DNA of 64,000 nt from an uncultured cyanobacterium (GTDB lineage: Bacteria; Cyanobacteriota; Cyanobacteriia; Phormidesmidales; Phormidesmidaceae), in assembly GCA_963799265.1 (NCBI GenBank), contig CAWCWM010000016.1, forward strand, positions 66,260 to 130,259, in the 5' to 3' direction. The position numbers were made by a program, and so were the translations under genes. Below are positions 30,447-41,535 of the stretch, one piece after another. Every line of letters starts with the position of its first letter. The stretch's first letter is position 1. The notes below the pieces were generated by a model that ran no database searches, had not been told where the DNA came from, and saw only the letters and a list, made by a program, of their open reading frames with translations.

Positions 30447-30812
30447 ATGTACTATCTTGAAACACCGCCCTACTTTTTGCTAGCGGCGGGGCTATTCATA
30501 GCTATCACCTCTGGTCTCGCCTTCTCCGCCGTCCTCAAAGAAGCCGTAGGAGACTGGTACAAAAACCGGTCTACTCGCTCCATTTCAAAGCTTCAGGGCT
30601 TTGATCTTCAGTTTCCTTTCTTAGGCATTTGTTTAGGCAGCTGCGTTTTTCTAGCTTCTGGTATGAGTATCTTCGGGTTTCCTGCCAAAATTGCCTATGC
30701 CATGGCTGCTCCGCTCGTGCTTTTAAGTGCTGGTCTAGTCTGGAAGCAGCTGAAGAACAACCTGGCTTTGCTCGAAAGTGGAAACCCACGTGCCTTTGAG
30801 CTAGACATATAG
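30447..30812 (+). CDS. Conserved cyanobacterial small membrane protein
   Basis: PPYFLLAAGLFIAITSG-AF; three TMs. Confidence 0.7.
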   Translation: MYYLETPPYFLLAAGLFIAITSGLAFSAVLKEAVGDWYKNRSTRSISKLQGFDLQFPFLGICLGSCVFLASGMSIFGFPAKIAYAMAAPLVLLSAGLVWKQLKNNLALLESGNPRAFELDI

Positions 30813-30978
30813 CGACAGACTAAGAACGCAGACCAACAAAGAACAAACCAAGACAGATCTGTCTCAGCTTCTCTATTCAGCCGGTTATACCGAGTCTTCA
30901 TTGCTTATAGCTATGTCCATTCTCTTGCTACAAGGGCAGGACATAAACGCACAATAGAAAAGGCTATAAAAATATCCT

Positions 30979-31533
30979 ATGAGACTACCCAAAAAAATAG
31001 AGACTATCTTTGAGACAATCATTTGGAACTTTCGGTTCTTCGTTCTGTTGCCAGTCATCTTCAGTCTACTTAGCGCCGTCAAGTTCTTTATCATCGGCAC
31101 TCTAGATATTTGGGCGGGGTTTAGACTGGAATTTGACATTGCCGATCCAGAAGGCGAGATCACCAACAAAATAGTCTCATATATCATTGGCGGTGTGGAC
31201 TACTACCTGATAGGCATTGTCTTACTCATTTTTGCTTTTGGAATCTACGAACTTTTCATCTCGAAAATTGACATTAGGTTTGAGCATGAGGTCAATATTC
31301 TCCAGAGCGAGTCTTTGGAAGAATTGAAAAGCAAGCTGGTGCAGGTGATTGTCGTCGCGCTAATTGTCAGCCTATTTAAAAGAATGCTTGGATTAGAACT
31401 AACACAGGCTAGTGATTTGGCCTACGGCGCACTGGCTATCCTCTTAATCTCTGTCAGCAGCTATCTCTTACAGCTACAGTACAAAAAAATGCACGGCACT
31501 GATAACGGTAATGAAGCGGAGGAACCTGTCTGA
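30979..31533 (+). CDS. YqhA (UPF0114) family membrane protein
   Basis: VDYYLIGIVLLIFAFGIYELFISKID, SLEELKSKL. Confidence 0.85.
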   Translation: MRLPKKIETIFETIIWNFRFFVLLPVIFSLLSAVKFFIIGTLDIWAGFRLEFDIADPEGEITNKIVSYIIGGVDYYLIGIVLLIFAFGIYELFISKIDIRFEHEVNILQSESLEELKSKLVQVIVVALIVSLFKRMLGLELTQASDLAYGALAILLISVSSYLLQLQYKKMHGTDNGNEAEEPV

Positions 31534-31617
31534 CACACAGCCGAGTCTAGGTCCACATAACGTACGGATGCATCCGACGCTAGCTATACGTCCATCCGCT
31601 GCTGCTTCATAATCCTA

Positions 31618-33381
31618 ATGAAAATTGCCGAGTCTGCATTCAATCCGGTGCCGTCACCATCGATTGCTAATCCCGTAGTGGCCTTCTGGTTTGGCGTAAG
31701 TCTAATCACGCCTCTTTACTACGGTTTAATCTCTTTCTTCTATGCCACCTCTTCAGCCTATATTGTTCAAGACGATGCTCGCTATCATATCGTCTGGCTA
31801 CAGCGCTTAATCGATCCAGACTTGTTTCCCAACGATGTCATGGCCGATTACTATAGCGCGATTCAGGGCGTTGGCTTTAGATCGTTCTACAGCTTAGCTG
31901 CTTCGGTGGGAATAGAGCCGCTTGCTTTCGCAAAGATTGTGCCGCTCCTGTTAGCGCTAGTCGCTACGTTCTATCTATTCTGGGTGGCGCTATATATCTT
32001 GCCAGTGCCTATCTGCGGTGCGCTGACAACCATCATCTTGAATCAAAACATCTGGATAAGGGATGATCTGAGTTCGGCATCGCCTCGTGCATTTGTGTAT
32101 CCGTTGTTCGCAGCCTTTTTGTACTATCTGCTGCGAGATTCTAAAGTCTTGTGCCTAGTTTCGCTGGGATTGCTGAGTTTGTTCTATCCACAAATGGCAC
32201 TGGTTTCTGTCGGCATTTTGACACTACGGTTAGTGCGGTGGGATGGCTTGACACCAAAGCTGCCAAAAGGGGGTCAAGAGTATAGATTTTGGCTGGTGGC
32301 GGCAGTGATGACTGGGGGTGCGCTGCTGCTATTTTCTCATCAGGTGGCGCAGCAGGCAGGGCGACTGACCTCTTTGGCGGAGATGAAGGCATGGCCAGAG
32401 TTTCAGCCTAATGGACGAGGAGCCTATTACGGGATGCCTTTCCTATCGTTCTGGTTTGATGGATTGAGCGGACTGCGGTTTCCACTCTATCCGCCGATTA
32501 TATGGCTAGGTGCGATGTTGCCCTTAGTCGTATGGAAAGTGCCTCGTTTTTTTCACAAGGCTTTTCCTCTCTCGAAGGTGATTACTACTGATGTGAGAAT
32601 ACTGGGCCAGCTGTTGGTTTCGTCAATTGGATTCTTTTTTCTTTCCCATATTATTTTTCCGACGCTGTATTTGCCTAGCCGGTACAGCTTTTACAGCACT
32701 CGGTTTCTTTTGATCGTTGCGTCTGGGGTAATGCTATCGCTGGTAATGCAGTGCTGGGTGGGCTGGCTGATACGACAGTGGCGGAGATGGCAACGGTGGA
32801 GCCTGTTTGACTTTGCTAGGATAGCGGTGAGTGTGGGATTTGCGATCGCAGTCATCGTCGCTCCCTCTATCCCTCCTATCTTTCTAAAAGGACAAAGCTG
32901 GGAAGTCGGGCAAACGCAGGAAATTTACGACCTGATAGCGCGATCTCCAAAAGACAGCATGACCGCCTCATTAGTTCGAGAGATTAACGACGATATACCC
33001 GCCTTTTCTCAACGCTCCGTGCTAGTAGGAAGAGAATTTGCCTTGCCCTACCACGTCGAGTTTTACAGCGTCATGAAGCAGCGTGCAGAAGATCTGGTCA
33101 AAGCTCAATACAGCCCGGAATTAGCAGACGTTCAATCATTTATTGAAACTTACAGTATTGACCAGTGGATTGTTGCTAAAGACTTTGCGGAAAGCGGCTA
33201 TCTAGACCGGCAAGACTGGTTGATCAACAGCTCTATGAGAGAATCTGTAGTTCAAGCAGAAAAGAGACTTGAACCGAATGCAATTCCCGCTCTCACAAGA
33301 TATCTCCCAACCTGCGCTGTGCTCTCAACAGCAGATGCCATCGTCTTAGATGCTCAATGTTTGATGAAAGTGCAGGCTTGA
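31618..33381 (+). CDS. Multi-pass membrane protein, possibly GT-C-fold glycosyltransferase
   Basis: Early QDDAR acidic loop after TM1; ~11 hydrophobic segments; soluble C-terminal domain. Confidence 0.55.
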   Translation: MKIAESAFNPVPSPSIANPVVAFWFGVSLITPLYYGLISFFYATSSAYIVQDDARYHIVWLQRLIDPDLFPNDVMADYYSAIQGVGFRSFYSLAASVGIEPLAFAKIVPLLLALVATFYLFWVALYILPVPICGALTTIILNQNIWIRDDLSSASPRAFVYPLFAAFLYYLLRDSKVLCLVSLGLLSLFYPQMALVSVGILTLRLVRWDGLTPKLPKGGQEYRFWLVAAVMTGGALLLFSHQVAQQAGRLTSLAEMKAWPEFQPNGRGAYYGMPFLSFWFDGLSGLRFPLYPPIIWLGAMLPLVVWKVPRFFHKAFPLSKVITTDVRILGQLLVSSIGFFFLSHIIFPTLYLPSRYSFYSTRFLLIVASGVMLSLVMQCWVGWLIRQWRRWQRWSLFDFARIAVSVGFAIAVIVAPSIPPIFLKGQSWEVGQTQEIYDLIARSPKDSMTASLVREINDDIPAFSQRSVLVGREFALPYHVEFYSVMKQRAEDLVKAQYSPELADVQSFIETYSIDQWIVAKDFAESGYLDRQDWLINSSMRESVVQAEKRLEPNAIPALTRYLPTCAVLSTADAIVLDAQCLMKVQA

Positions 33382-33402
33382 TACAATCGTTGTGGTCGCT
33401 CA

Positions 33403-34110
<708 letters not shown>

Positions 34111-34118
34111 CTACCAGT

Positions 34119-35812
34119 CTACTCGCTGACCGTTTCTTCTGAGTGAGCAGACTTTGTCCAAGTCAGGTTGTAGGGTTCTTGAGACAGGTATTGGGCGCCC
34201 TGCGCTTGGAGGTAAGGTCTGTAGGTTTCGTCGCCTGCTAGGTGGACTTTGAAGAAGGCAGTGTTGAGCATTTGGTGGTAGTTTTCGGCGATCGCACGAA
34301 CCCCTTCCCAGTCATTTTCCTGTCCGGTGAGGCGATCGAGGACTTCTAGCGTAATGCGAGCGTGGGGGAGCCCAGTGGTGACTGCCAGGTAGCGATCGGT
34401 TTTAGTCTCTGTGTCTGTGAGCCAGCCAAAAGCGGGAAGCTGTTCGACGACAAAGGGAGTAAGGATGTCTTTGTCGGTGGCTTCCCACAGGACAGGCCCT
34501 TCGACTTTGGCCATGCCGTCTGGTCCGTAGAGGCTGCGGCTGAAGGGGACAAAGGTGTAGATGGCTTTGATGCGATCGTCTTTTAGAGTCGCGTTGGCGA
34601 TCGCACCCTCTGGCAGTTCCAACGCCCGGCACTGATACAGCAGAGAAATATTAAACAAACTAGAGCGAGTCTCGCAAGACTGTTGTAAATGTGCCAGGTC
34701 AATCTCTGCGCCAGCTAGAGCGAGAGCCGTAGTGCCACCAAAGGAATAGCCAAAGACACCAGCACGATCTGGAGCTAGACGGTTGTTAAACTGTTCTCCG
34801 TTTAAACGAGTAAGTTCGTCGAGAATAAAACTGACGTCCAATGGTCTATCGATATATTCGGCAGGTTCAAAGTTTTCGGCTTCTAAGCCATTGTAAAAGT
34901 CGCGGAGGCGTTCGCGATCGCTTCCCGAATGATCGGGCATAGCTACAGCAAACCCGTTAGAAGCAAGATGATTGGCCAGCTCTTTGAATCGGTCTCGACT
35001 AGCCCCTAACCCGTTGGAGATAACAACGACGGGAATGGATTGTTCGGTATCTGTCGAGATAAAGTTTGGCGTGTAGAGATCGACTGGAATGGTGCGATCG
35101 CGCGCCGCATCATAGAGCGTCAGAGTCTCCATAAACACTGTGCGACTGCCTAGCTCTCTAGGATCTGGCAAAGTGCTGAAATCGACTGGCGATTCGGTCT
35201 GGGCGATCGCCTCTGTCTCTTCTGTGAGCTGCACGACCGTCTGCCGAGTCTCAGACAGCAACGATCGAAAGCCACCGCCCAAACGCAGCGCCTGACCAAT
35301 ATCTATCCGAATATCTGACGGAAACGCTTCTAAAAACTTGAGAATGGTGATCCCTTCTGGATCGGCAGCGGCCAGTGTCAGCGCTGCTCTAAGCCCTTTG
35401 AATCCGTTTAGTCCTGAGTCTGTTTGAATCAGCTCACCGATTTCTGTTAGCAGCTGTTCACCTGAGCGGGTGTAAGAAAAGCGATTGGCCAAAACCGGAT
35501 CTAGATCGTAGTTAGCCTTTAGCGCTCCTTGCAATTGACCTTGCAAGTCGGAATCTAATCGGGTCAGAATAATCTCTAGCCCACCAGAGGATTCGCCAGT
35601 TTCAGCAAAAGTCTCTAGTTCTTCTCGGGTGACCGAATCTCGACTAGACCATACCGAAATCGGATACGTTCTGCGGCCTGGGTGCTAGGGGCGATCGCTA
35701 GGGTGGAGATGAAGCCTGAAGAAAGGCTGAGCGCGATCGCACTCAGGCGTAATCTAAAGCGCAATCGAGAACTTTTCCGTAAGATTCCTAAAGACTGAAG
35801 AGGCTGAAACAT
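34119..35812 (-). CDS. DUF1400 + alpha/beta-hydrolase, split by a 1-nt frameshift near 35635
   Basis: AAERIRFRYG in the 5' ORF continues as SVTREELETFAETG in another frame; GYSFGG nucleophile motif. Confidence 0.8.
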
Positions 35813-35953
35813 CTTACCCGTAAAGGTTTTTGCTGTGATAAAGCATAGTATATCAACCCTGCTCTATAGACAAAATGTACCAGTTTTGTCAGAGGCCCAA
35901 GGAAAAACCTAAGGAAAGAAGACCAAACTCGTTTAGATTCTTGACAGGAGTTT

Positions 35954-36841
35954 TTGAGGTTTGGTGTGGAATATCTACGGTATGTTGGCTGGCAATCTAT
36001 CGCGGTTTTAGCCGCTGGTCTAGGAGCCTATCTGCTGGCCTGTATAGGGCTGTGGCGCTTTCAGACAAAGCTGATCTTTTTCCCGCCAGGGGTGGTTCAA
36101 AGTACGCCAGCCGATTTTGGCATGGCGTACGAAGATTTGAGATTAACTGCGGGAGACGGGCAGGTCCACGGCTGGTGGATTCCGGCTGAAAGTGATACGG
36201 CCAGTTCTCCAGTAATTGTCTATGCTCACGGCAACGGTAGCAATTTGAGCAATTTGGTCTCCAGGTTTCAGCAGTTTCACAATCTAGGCTTTACAGTATT
36301 GGCAATCGACTACCGGGGCTATGGGCAAAGCTCTGGGCCGTTTCCAAATGAGCAGCGGGTCTATGAGGATATAGAGGCGGCCTGGCAGTATTTGATTCAG
36401 CAGCAGGAGATCGCGGCGGACAGAATTGTGATTTATGGGCAGTCTATTGGGGGTGCGATCGCACTCAACCTAGCTGTCAACCATCCAGACGCGGCAGGAC
36501 TGGTTATGGAAAGCGCGTTCACTTCGATGCGTGACATGGTGGACTACAAATTTCCGCTGCTGCCCAAAATTACGCCGATAGATACCGTGCTGACTCAGCG
36601 GTTTGATTCTATGGGGAAGATGCGATCGCTTAAAATCCCCCTTCTACTCATCCACGGAACCGACGACGATATCGTTCCAGTTTCTATGAGTCAACAGCTG
36701 TATGGTGCGACGATAGCCAGTGGCAACGCAAACAGTACGCTGGCTTTGATTGAAGGGGGCGATCACAATAGCCTGCCGAGCTTTGGGGGCGATCGCTACA
36801 GCGAAACTGTTCAAACCTTCGTTCAAATGGCTACGGAATAA
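35954..36841 (+). CDS. Alpha/beta-fold hydrolase (ABHD13-like)
   Basis: YAHGNGSN, IDYRGYGQS, GQSIGG, IHGTDD, GGDHN. Confidence 0.9.
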   Translation: MRFGVEYLRYVGWQSIAVLAAGLGAYLLACIGLWRFQTKLIFFPPGVVQSTPADFGMAYEDLRLTAGDGQVHGWWIPAESDTASSPVIVYAHGNGSNLSNLVSRFQQFHNLGFTVLAIDYRGYGQSSGPFPNEQRVYEDIEAAWQYLIQQQEIAADRIVIYGQSIGGAIALNLAVNHPDAAGLVMESAFTSMRDMVDYKFPLLPKITPIDTVLTQRFDSMGKMRSLKIPLLLIHGTDDDIVPVSMSQQLYGATIASGNANSTLALIEGGDHNSLPSFGGDRYSETVQTFVQMATE

Positions 36842-37031
36842 AGACTTGTCTCGCTCCTCGATAACTATCAAGGCGGAGCGCAATTTCAATTAGGCTTTCA
36901 ACACACCGCTTTCGATAGTCGAGATCAATGAGCAGTCGATCAGCATTGCTAATGGTAATAACAGGTAACGAGTCTCCTGCACTTTCCTCGTGCATTCTCT
37001 GTTCTAGCGAGTCTTTCCCCTGGTGGCCTTG
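36831..37031 (-). pseudogene. C-terminal fragment of a DUF5615/PIN-like toxin
   Basis: Manual translation GKDSLEQRMHEES-GDSLPVITISNADRLL-DLDYRKRCVESLIEI...YRGARQVFIP*; no start codon. Confidence 0.55.
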
Positions 37032-37221
37032 TCAATCAATGGTAGCGTCAATAGATTCAGTTAGGCTTGTCGGCTGGCTGGCTTTCCGGACTTGGGCCAA
37101 ACACTCTAATTACTTCCTCTGCGCTGATCACAGGTGACAGCAATCCTGATTCGGCTGAAATCTTTGAAGCAGACTGTTGACCAGTTGTTCTTGCTCTTCA
37201 TATAGTCCATGCGGAGCGTTG

Positions 37222-37652
37222 TTATCTAAGTTTTAGAACTCCGGCTGACTGATCTTTCTCAAAGGCTCGAATTTCATCAGTGACTGAGCGAAAAAGCTGC
37301 TCAATCTCTTTTGTGGAACAGTTGCCCTTGCGAATCCAGATAATCTTGGGCGGAAATCCGTGCAGCAAACTTAGATCGTTGTCAAGTCAAGAATCGCGTC
37401 GTGACAATCTGTATAGCCATTTCGGGCGGCATACTGCCAAATTTGAGTATCACTAGCTGATCCATATCCATTTCTAGAAGGAAAACATGTCAGATCCGGG
37501 ATAAAGTTCAGCAACTTCGACTAAGACTCCCAAATTTGAGTATCACTATCTCGATCCATTTCTAGAAGGAAAACATGCTCAGATCCGGGATAAAGTTCAG
37601 CCAACTGGTCGACTAAGCGCGGCGACAAGTTATGGTCAAAAAGTAGCTTCAC
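37222..37652 (-). pseudogene. DUF5615-family PIN-like toxin, disrupted by an internal ~90-bp duplication and indels
   Basis: MKLLFDHNLSPRLV... and ...HGFPPKIIWIRKGNCSTKEIE; GTG overlaps the DUF433 stop; duplicated copies at ~37437-37523 and ~37530-37616. Confidence 0.8.
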
Positions 37653-37873
37653 GCAGCGATGGTGAGAATTTTTTGCTCTCTGTCGGCAGCATAGCTGAGA
37701 CAGGCAAGGATATCTGTGTTGGTCAGGTAAGGAAAATCGTCCAGAATTTCGTCATGGCTCATTCCGGCGGCTAAATACGAAAGCACATCGTAAACAGTGA
37801 TTCTCATTCCCCTGATACAGGCTTTGCCACTACGCTTACCAGGTTCTAGAGTGATGATGTCTCGGTAATCCAT
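37649..37873 (-). CDS. DUF433-family antitoxin
   Basis: IITLEPGKRSGKACIRGMRITVYDVL...EILDDFPYLT-TDI-ACL-YAA. Confidence 0.92.
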   Translation of the reverse strand: MDYRDIITLEPGKRSGKACIRGMRITVYDVLSYLAAGMSHDEILDDFPYLTNTDILACLSYAADREQKILTIAA

Positions 37874-38014
37874 ATAGACCACGACGGTACTTGATGCCTA
37901 ATTTTATACTCTTCGGGGTAGCTGGTAGCTCATAGCCATGGTGTTCGTCCGTTTTGACAAAACTCACTTCGATGAGAAGCAGTCAAAACTGTAGCGTTTG
38001 CGAAAAAATCTCTG

Positions 38015-39676
38015 ATGAAGAATCGCTTTAAATTTGATCTCCTATCTCAACATCAGCTATGGAATGGGATCGTTGTCATTCTGATTGCGCTCGGTGTGCT
38101 GTTTCGAGTGGCTGACCTCGATCGGCCTGTGTATTGGGTGGATGAGGTGGCGACTTCTATGCGGGTGTCTGGGTATACGCAGGCGGAGGTGGTGGAGCGG
38201 GTGGCGACTGAGTTGCCGCTGAGTGTGGCGGATTTGCAGCGGTTTCAAGTGATTAGGCCGGTTGAGGAAGGGTCTCCGGCAAATCGTCCGCTGGCGAATT
38301 TGATGCGGGTTTTGGCTCAAAGTCCAGAGCACGCGCCTTTGTATTTTGTGCTGGCGCACTTTTGGGCGGAGGTGTTTGGGGGGTCTGTGGTGGCGATGCG
38401 GAGTTTGCCGGTTTTGTTTGGGCTGTTGGGGATTCCGGCGATGTATGGCGCGGGGCTGACGCTGTTTAGTCAGGTGGAAGGTGGGCGGGCGATCGCACCC
38501 AATGTAGCAAGGACTGTAGCAAAGACGGCGGCGGGGCTGCTGGCGATCTCGCCTTTCTTTGTGGCCTATTCGCAGGAGGCGCGTCCGTATAGTCTGTGGA
38601 TTTTGCTGCTGCTGCTGACGACTCAGTTTTTGTGGCGATCGCTCCAAACGAACCAGCGGCGATGGTGGATAGCCTACGTCGCTTGCTTGATTCTGACGCT
38701 GTACACGTCTTTGCTGACCGTTTTGGTGGTGTTCGGTCAAGGGCTGGCGGTGCTGCTGTGGCATCGGCGGCGGCTGTCTGCCTATGTGATTGCGAGTGCG
38801 ATCGCGCTCTTCACCCTCCTACCCTGGGCCATCATCGTTTTCACCCAGTGGCAAAAACTGCAAAGCAATACGGTCTGGATGCAGATATACGCACCGATCT
38901 GGGCAACGCTGGGCACCTGGTTTTACAGTCTGGCGGTGCTGTTTTTTGATGTGCCAGTGGCAGAAGAGCCGCTAGTCTTTGGCTTGCAGGTGGTGACGGC
39001 GACGACGACAATCGCTCTAATTGGCTATGCGGTCTATGTCTTTGTGCGGCAAACGTCCCGTCAGCTTTGGGGGTTTGTGCTGGCGACGGCCTTTTCGATT
39101 CCTGGGATGCTGCTGCTAATTGATCTTTTGCGTAGCGGACAGGCGGCGGCGACGCCTCGCTACTTGATGCCGACTCATCTAGTGGTGCTGCTGGTAGTGG
39201 CTTATTTGCTGTGCGATCGCCTCTTTTTCCAATCCCATTTACCGACTCGGAAATGGCGAATAGTCACAGCCTTACTACTTAGCGTGAGCTTGATTTCTTG
39301 CCTAATTCCTCAACCGTCGCCCTATCTCAAAAGCAGAAATCTGAGCAATCCGGACCTGGCTAGGCTTTTGAATGAAGTGCGATCGCCTCAACTAGTCACC
39401 ACTCCTCACTCCATTCAAGACATAATTTCTTTGAGCTACGACTTAGAGCCCGATATTACGTTCTACGTTCTGCCCACCGAAACCGCTTCTCCTAACAACC
39501 TGCTAACAGATATCCTCAGTGAAGGAAAGGCTACTTTCCTATTCGCGCCATCAGACGAACAAAGACAGACGGTTGAAGCTAGTCAGCGCCTGAAGCTAAC
39601 TCAGATCTATCAGCCCCCGCCACTAATTTCAGGCGGGTTTGCATTGACGCTATGGAAGGTCGAGCAAGCAAGATAG
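38015..39676 (+). CDS. Glycosyltransferase family 39 (PMT/ArnT-like, GT-C)
   Basis: VYWVDEVATS, PEHAPLYFVL-HFW, SPFFVAYSQEARPYSL, PRYL; many TMs. Confidence 0.88.
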   Translation: MKNRFKFDLLSQHQLWNGIVVILIALGVLFRVADLDRPVYWVDEVATSMRVSGYTQAEVVERVATELPLSVADLQRFQVIRPVEEGSPANRPLANLMRVLAQSPEHAPLYFVLAHFWAEVFGGSVVAMRSLPVLFGLLGIPAMYGAGLTLFSQVEGGRAIAPNVARTVAKTAAGLLAISPFFVAYSQEARPYSLWILLLLLTTQFLWRSLQTNQRRWWIAYVACLILTLYTSLLTVLVVFGQGLAVLLWHRRRLSAYVIASAIALFTLLPWAIIVFTQWQKLQSNTVWMQIYAPIWATLGTWFYSLAVLFFDVPVAEEPLVFGLQVVTATTTIALIGYAVYVFVRQTSRQLWGFVLATAFSIPGMLLLIDLLRSGQAAATPRYLMPTHLVVLLVVAYLLCDRLFFQSHLPTRKWRIVTALLLSVSLISCLIPQPSPYLKSRNLSNPDLARLLNEVRSPQLVTTPHSIQDIISLSYDLEPDITFYVLPTETASPNNLLTDILSEGKATFLFAPSDEQRQTVEASQRLKLTQIYQPPPLISGGFALTLWKVEQAR

Positions 39677-39717
39677 CAGACTAAAATCTAGACATGATTT
39701 TAGTGGAGTGATTTGAT

Positions 39718-39942
39718 ATGACCCAGTTACAGTGTGATATTCCAGAAGAGACGGCTACTCGACTGCAACGAAAAGCAAAACTGATGAATTTATCGGTGTC
39801 GAGCTATTTAGCGCAGCTAATTGAAAAGGATTTGAAGGCTGGCTGGCCGGAAGGATATTTTGACCTATTTGGCAGTTGTAAGGATGCGCCTTTGGAACGT
39901 CCTTACCAAGGCGAAAATCAGATCCGCGAGACGCTTCTATAG
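39718..39942 (+). CDS. VapB-like antitoxin (ribbon-helix-helix type)
   Basis: LSVSSYLAQLI...GWPEGYFDLFGS; directly abuts vapC. Confidence 0.7.
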   Translation: MTQLQCDIPEETATRLQRKAKLMNLSVSSYLAQLIEKDLKAGWPEGYFDLFGSCKDAPLERPYQGENQIRETLL

Positions 39943-40188
39943 ATGTTTTTACTAGATACCAATGTCTGTATTCAATTTATGAATGGATCATCCCTGAGCG
40001 TTCAAGAAAACTTCAGAAGGCGTGATCCATCTGATATTTCAATATGCAGCATTGTGAAGGTCTAACTTGGTCCTAATGATCTCTTTATCGCAGCAACGGC
40101 GCTTGCCTACAGCAAGGTTTTAGTGACGAACAATACCAGAGAATTTCAACGGGTGAGCGGTCTACAGTTGGATGACTGGCAGCAGTAA
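39943..40188 (+). pseudogene. VapC PIN toxin with internal deletion and stop
   Basis: MFLLDTNVCI...ICSIVK-V* then LGPNDLFIAATALA...LVTNNTREFQRVSGLQLDDW; the central part is missing. Confidence 0.85.
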
Positions 40189-40221
40189 AGGTAGTTAAAT
40201 TCGGTTCAAGCGCCAAATCCT

Positions 40222-41481
40222 ATGAAAATTGCCATTATTAGCTCTGGTTTTCTGCCCGTTGTCGATGGCGTGACTGTCTCGCTGTTTCAGCGGGTGCGGG
40301 CGCTGAGCAAGCTGGGGCATCAGGTTTTGATTTTGTGCCCAGACTATCAGGCGGTGGCGTCGGTGTATCCGGACTGGCGCGATTATCAGGGGGAGATTCT
40401 GCCGGGGGTGCGGGTGGTAAATCTGCCGAGTGAGCCGTTTATGGGGGTGGAGTTTGAGCGGAATTTGAGCGGGAAGGCGAACCGATTGCTAAATCAGGAG
40501 CTAGCTGCCTTTGAGCCAGAGATTGTGCATGTGGATGAGCCAGACAGGATATTTCTGGGTCTGCTAAAAGCGCCGGGGGTGGCCTATGCGAAGCAGCACA
40601 ACATTCCTTGTGTGGGCTTTTATCACACGAATTTTATTGACTATATCGAAGACTTTTTGCCGCTGCCTCGATTTCTGATTGCCTTTTTGCAGTGGTTTTC
40701 GATGCTGTTCATTCGGCCTGTGTTTCACGCGTATGACGCGATTCTCGTGTCTAGTCCGGTGACGCTGGAGAAGATGCAGCAGCTAAAGGTGAAAAATGTG
40801 GTGTGCGATCGCTTTCTAGGCGTAGACCTTCAGGCATTTCAATCACAGCACCGCGATCCTGATTTTTTCTCGCGGACGTACGGAATTGAAGGGCTGAAAG
40901 ACAAGACAAAGCTGGTGTTTTTAGGGCGACTGACGCCGGATAAGGGGTGGGGGTTTACGATGCGATCGCTCACCGACTGGGCTACCGATCCGAACAATGC
41001 GCACCTGGTAGACAAAGTTGCGATTATCATCGCGGGCGATGGAGAACTGCGCACTCAAATTCTAGAAAAGCTTCAGCCGCTAGCGATCGCAACCGGTTTT
41101 TCTATCCATTTGCTTGGACGTATCGCTCCAAACGCTGTGCCCGCACTGCTCACGAACTGCGACATTCACATCACAGCCTCTGAAAAAGAGACTTTGGGAC
41201 TGACCGTGCTAGAAGCGTTTGCAGCCGGTATTCCTGCGATCGCGCCAGCAAAAGGCGGTGTGACTACCCACATTCGCGACGGGAAAAATGGCCTCTTGTT
41301 TGAGCCGCAAGATAGCAGGAGCTTTGGTCAGGCTCTGACTAGACTGGTGTCAGACGTAGAGCTACAGCACCAGCTAGGACAGCAGGGGCAGCGGGATGTT
41401 GCTGATTATGACTGGGAAAACGTTGTGTCTACACTGCTGTCCACCTGGCAGAATCAGATTTCCTCACACTCTTTGTCTTGA
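40222..41481 (+). CDS. Glycosyltransferase family 4 (SqdX/PimA-like, cd03814-type)
   Basis: FLPVVDGVT, GFYHTNF, FLGRLTPDKG, ETLGLTVLEAFAAGIP. Confidence 0.9.
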   Translation: MKIAIISSGFLPVVDGVTVSLFQRVRALSKLGHQVLILCPDYQAVASVYPDWRDYQGEILPGVRVVNLPSEPFMGVEFERNLSGKANRLLNQELAAFEPEIVHVDEPDRIFLGLLKAPGVAYAKQHNIPCVGFYHTNFIDYIEDFLPLPRFLIAFLQWFSMLFIRPVFHAYDAILVSSPVTLEKMQQLKVKNVVCDRFLGVDLQAFQSQHRDPDFFSRTYGIEGLKDKTKLVFLGRLTPDKGWGFTMRSLTDWATDPNNAHLVDKVAIIIAGDGELRTQILEKLQPLAIATGFSIHLLGRIAPNAVPALLTNCDIHITASEKETLGLTVLEAFAAGIPAIAPAKGGVTTHIRDGKNGLLFEPQDSRSFGQALTRLVSDVELQHQLGQQGQRDVADYDWENVVSTLLSTWQNQISSHSLS

Positions 41482-41535
41482 CATTACCTATCTCTCAGCA
41501 TTACTACATAGAGAAGTTCGATATGTGTCACCCGC

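Noticed and set aside
38057-38764. 235-aa minus-strand ORF
   Set aside because: Antisense to the well-supported GT39 gene, with a shadow-like Gln/Arg/His/Pro composition.
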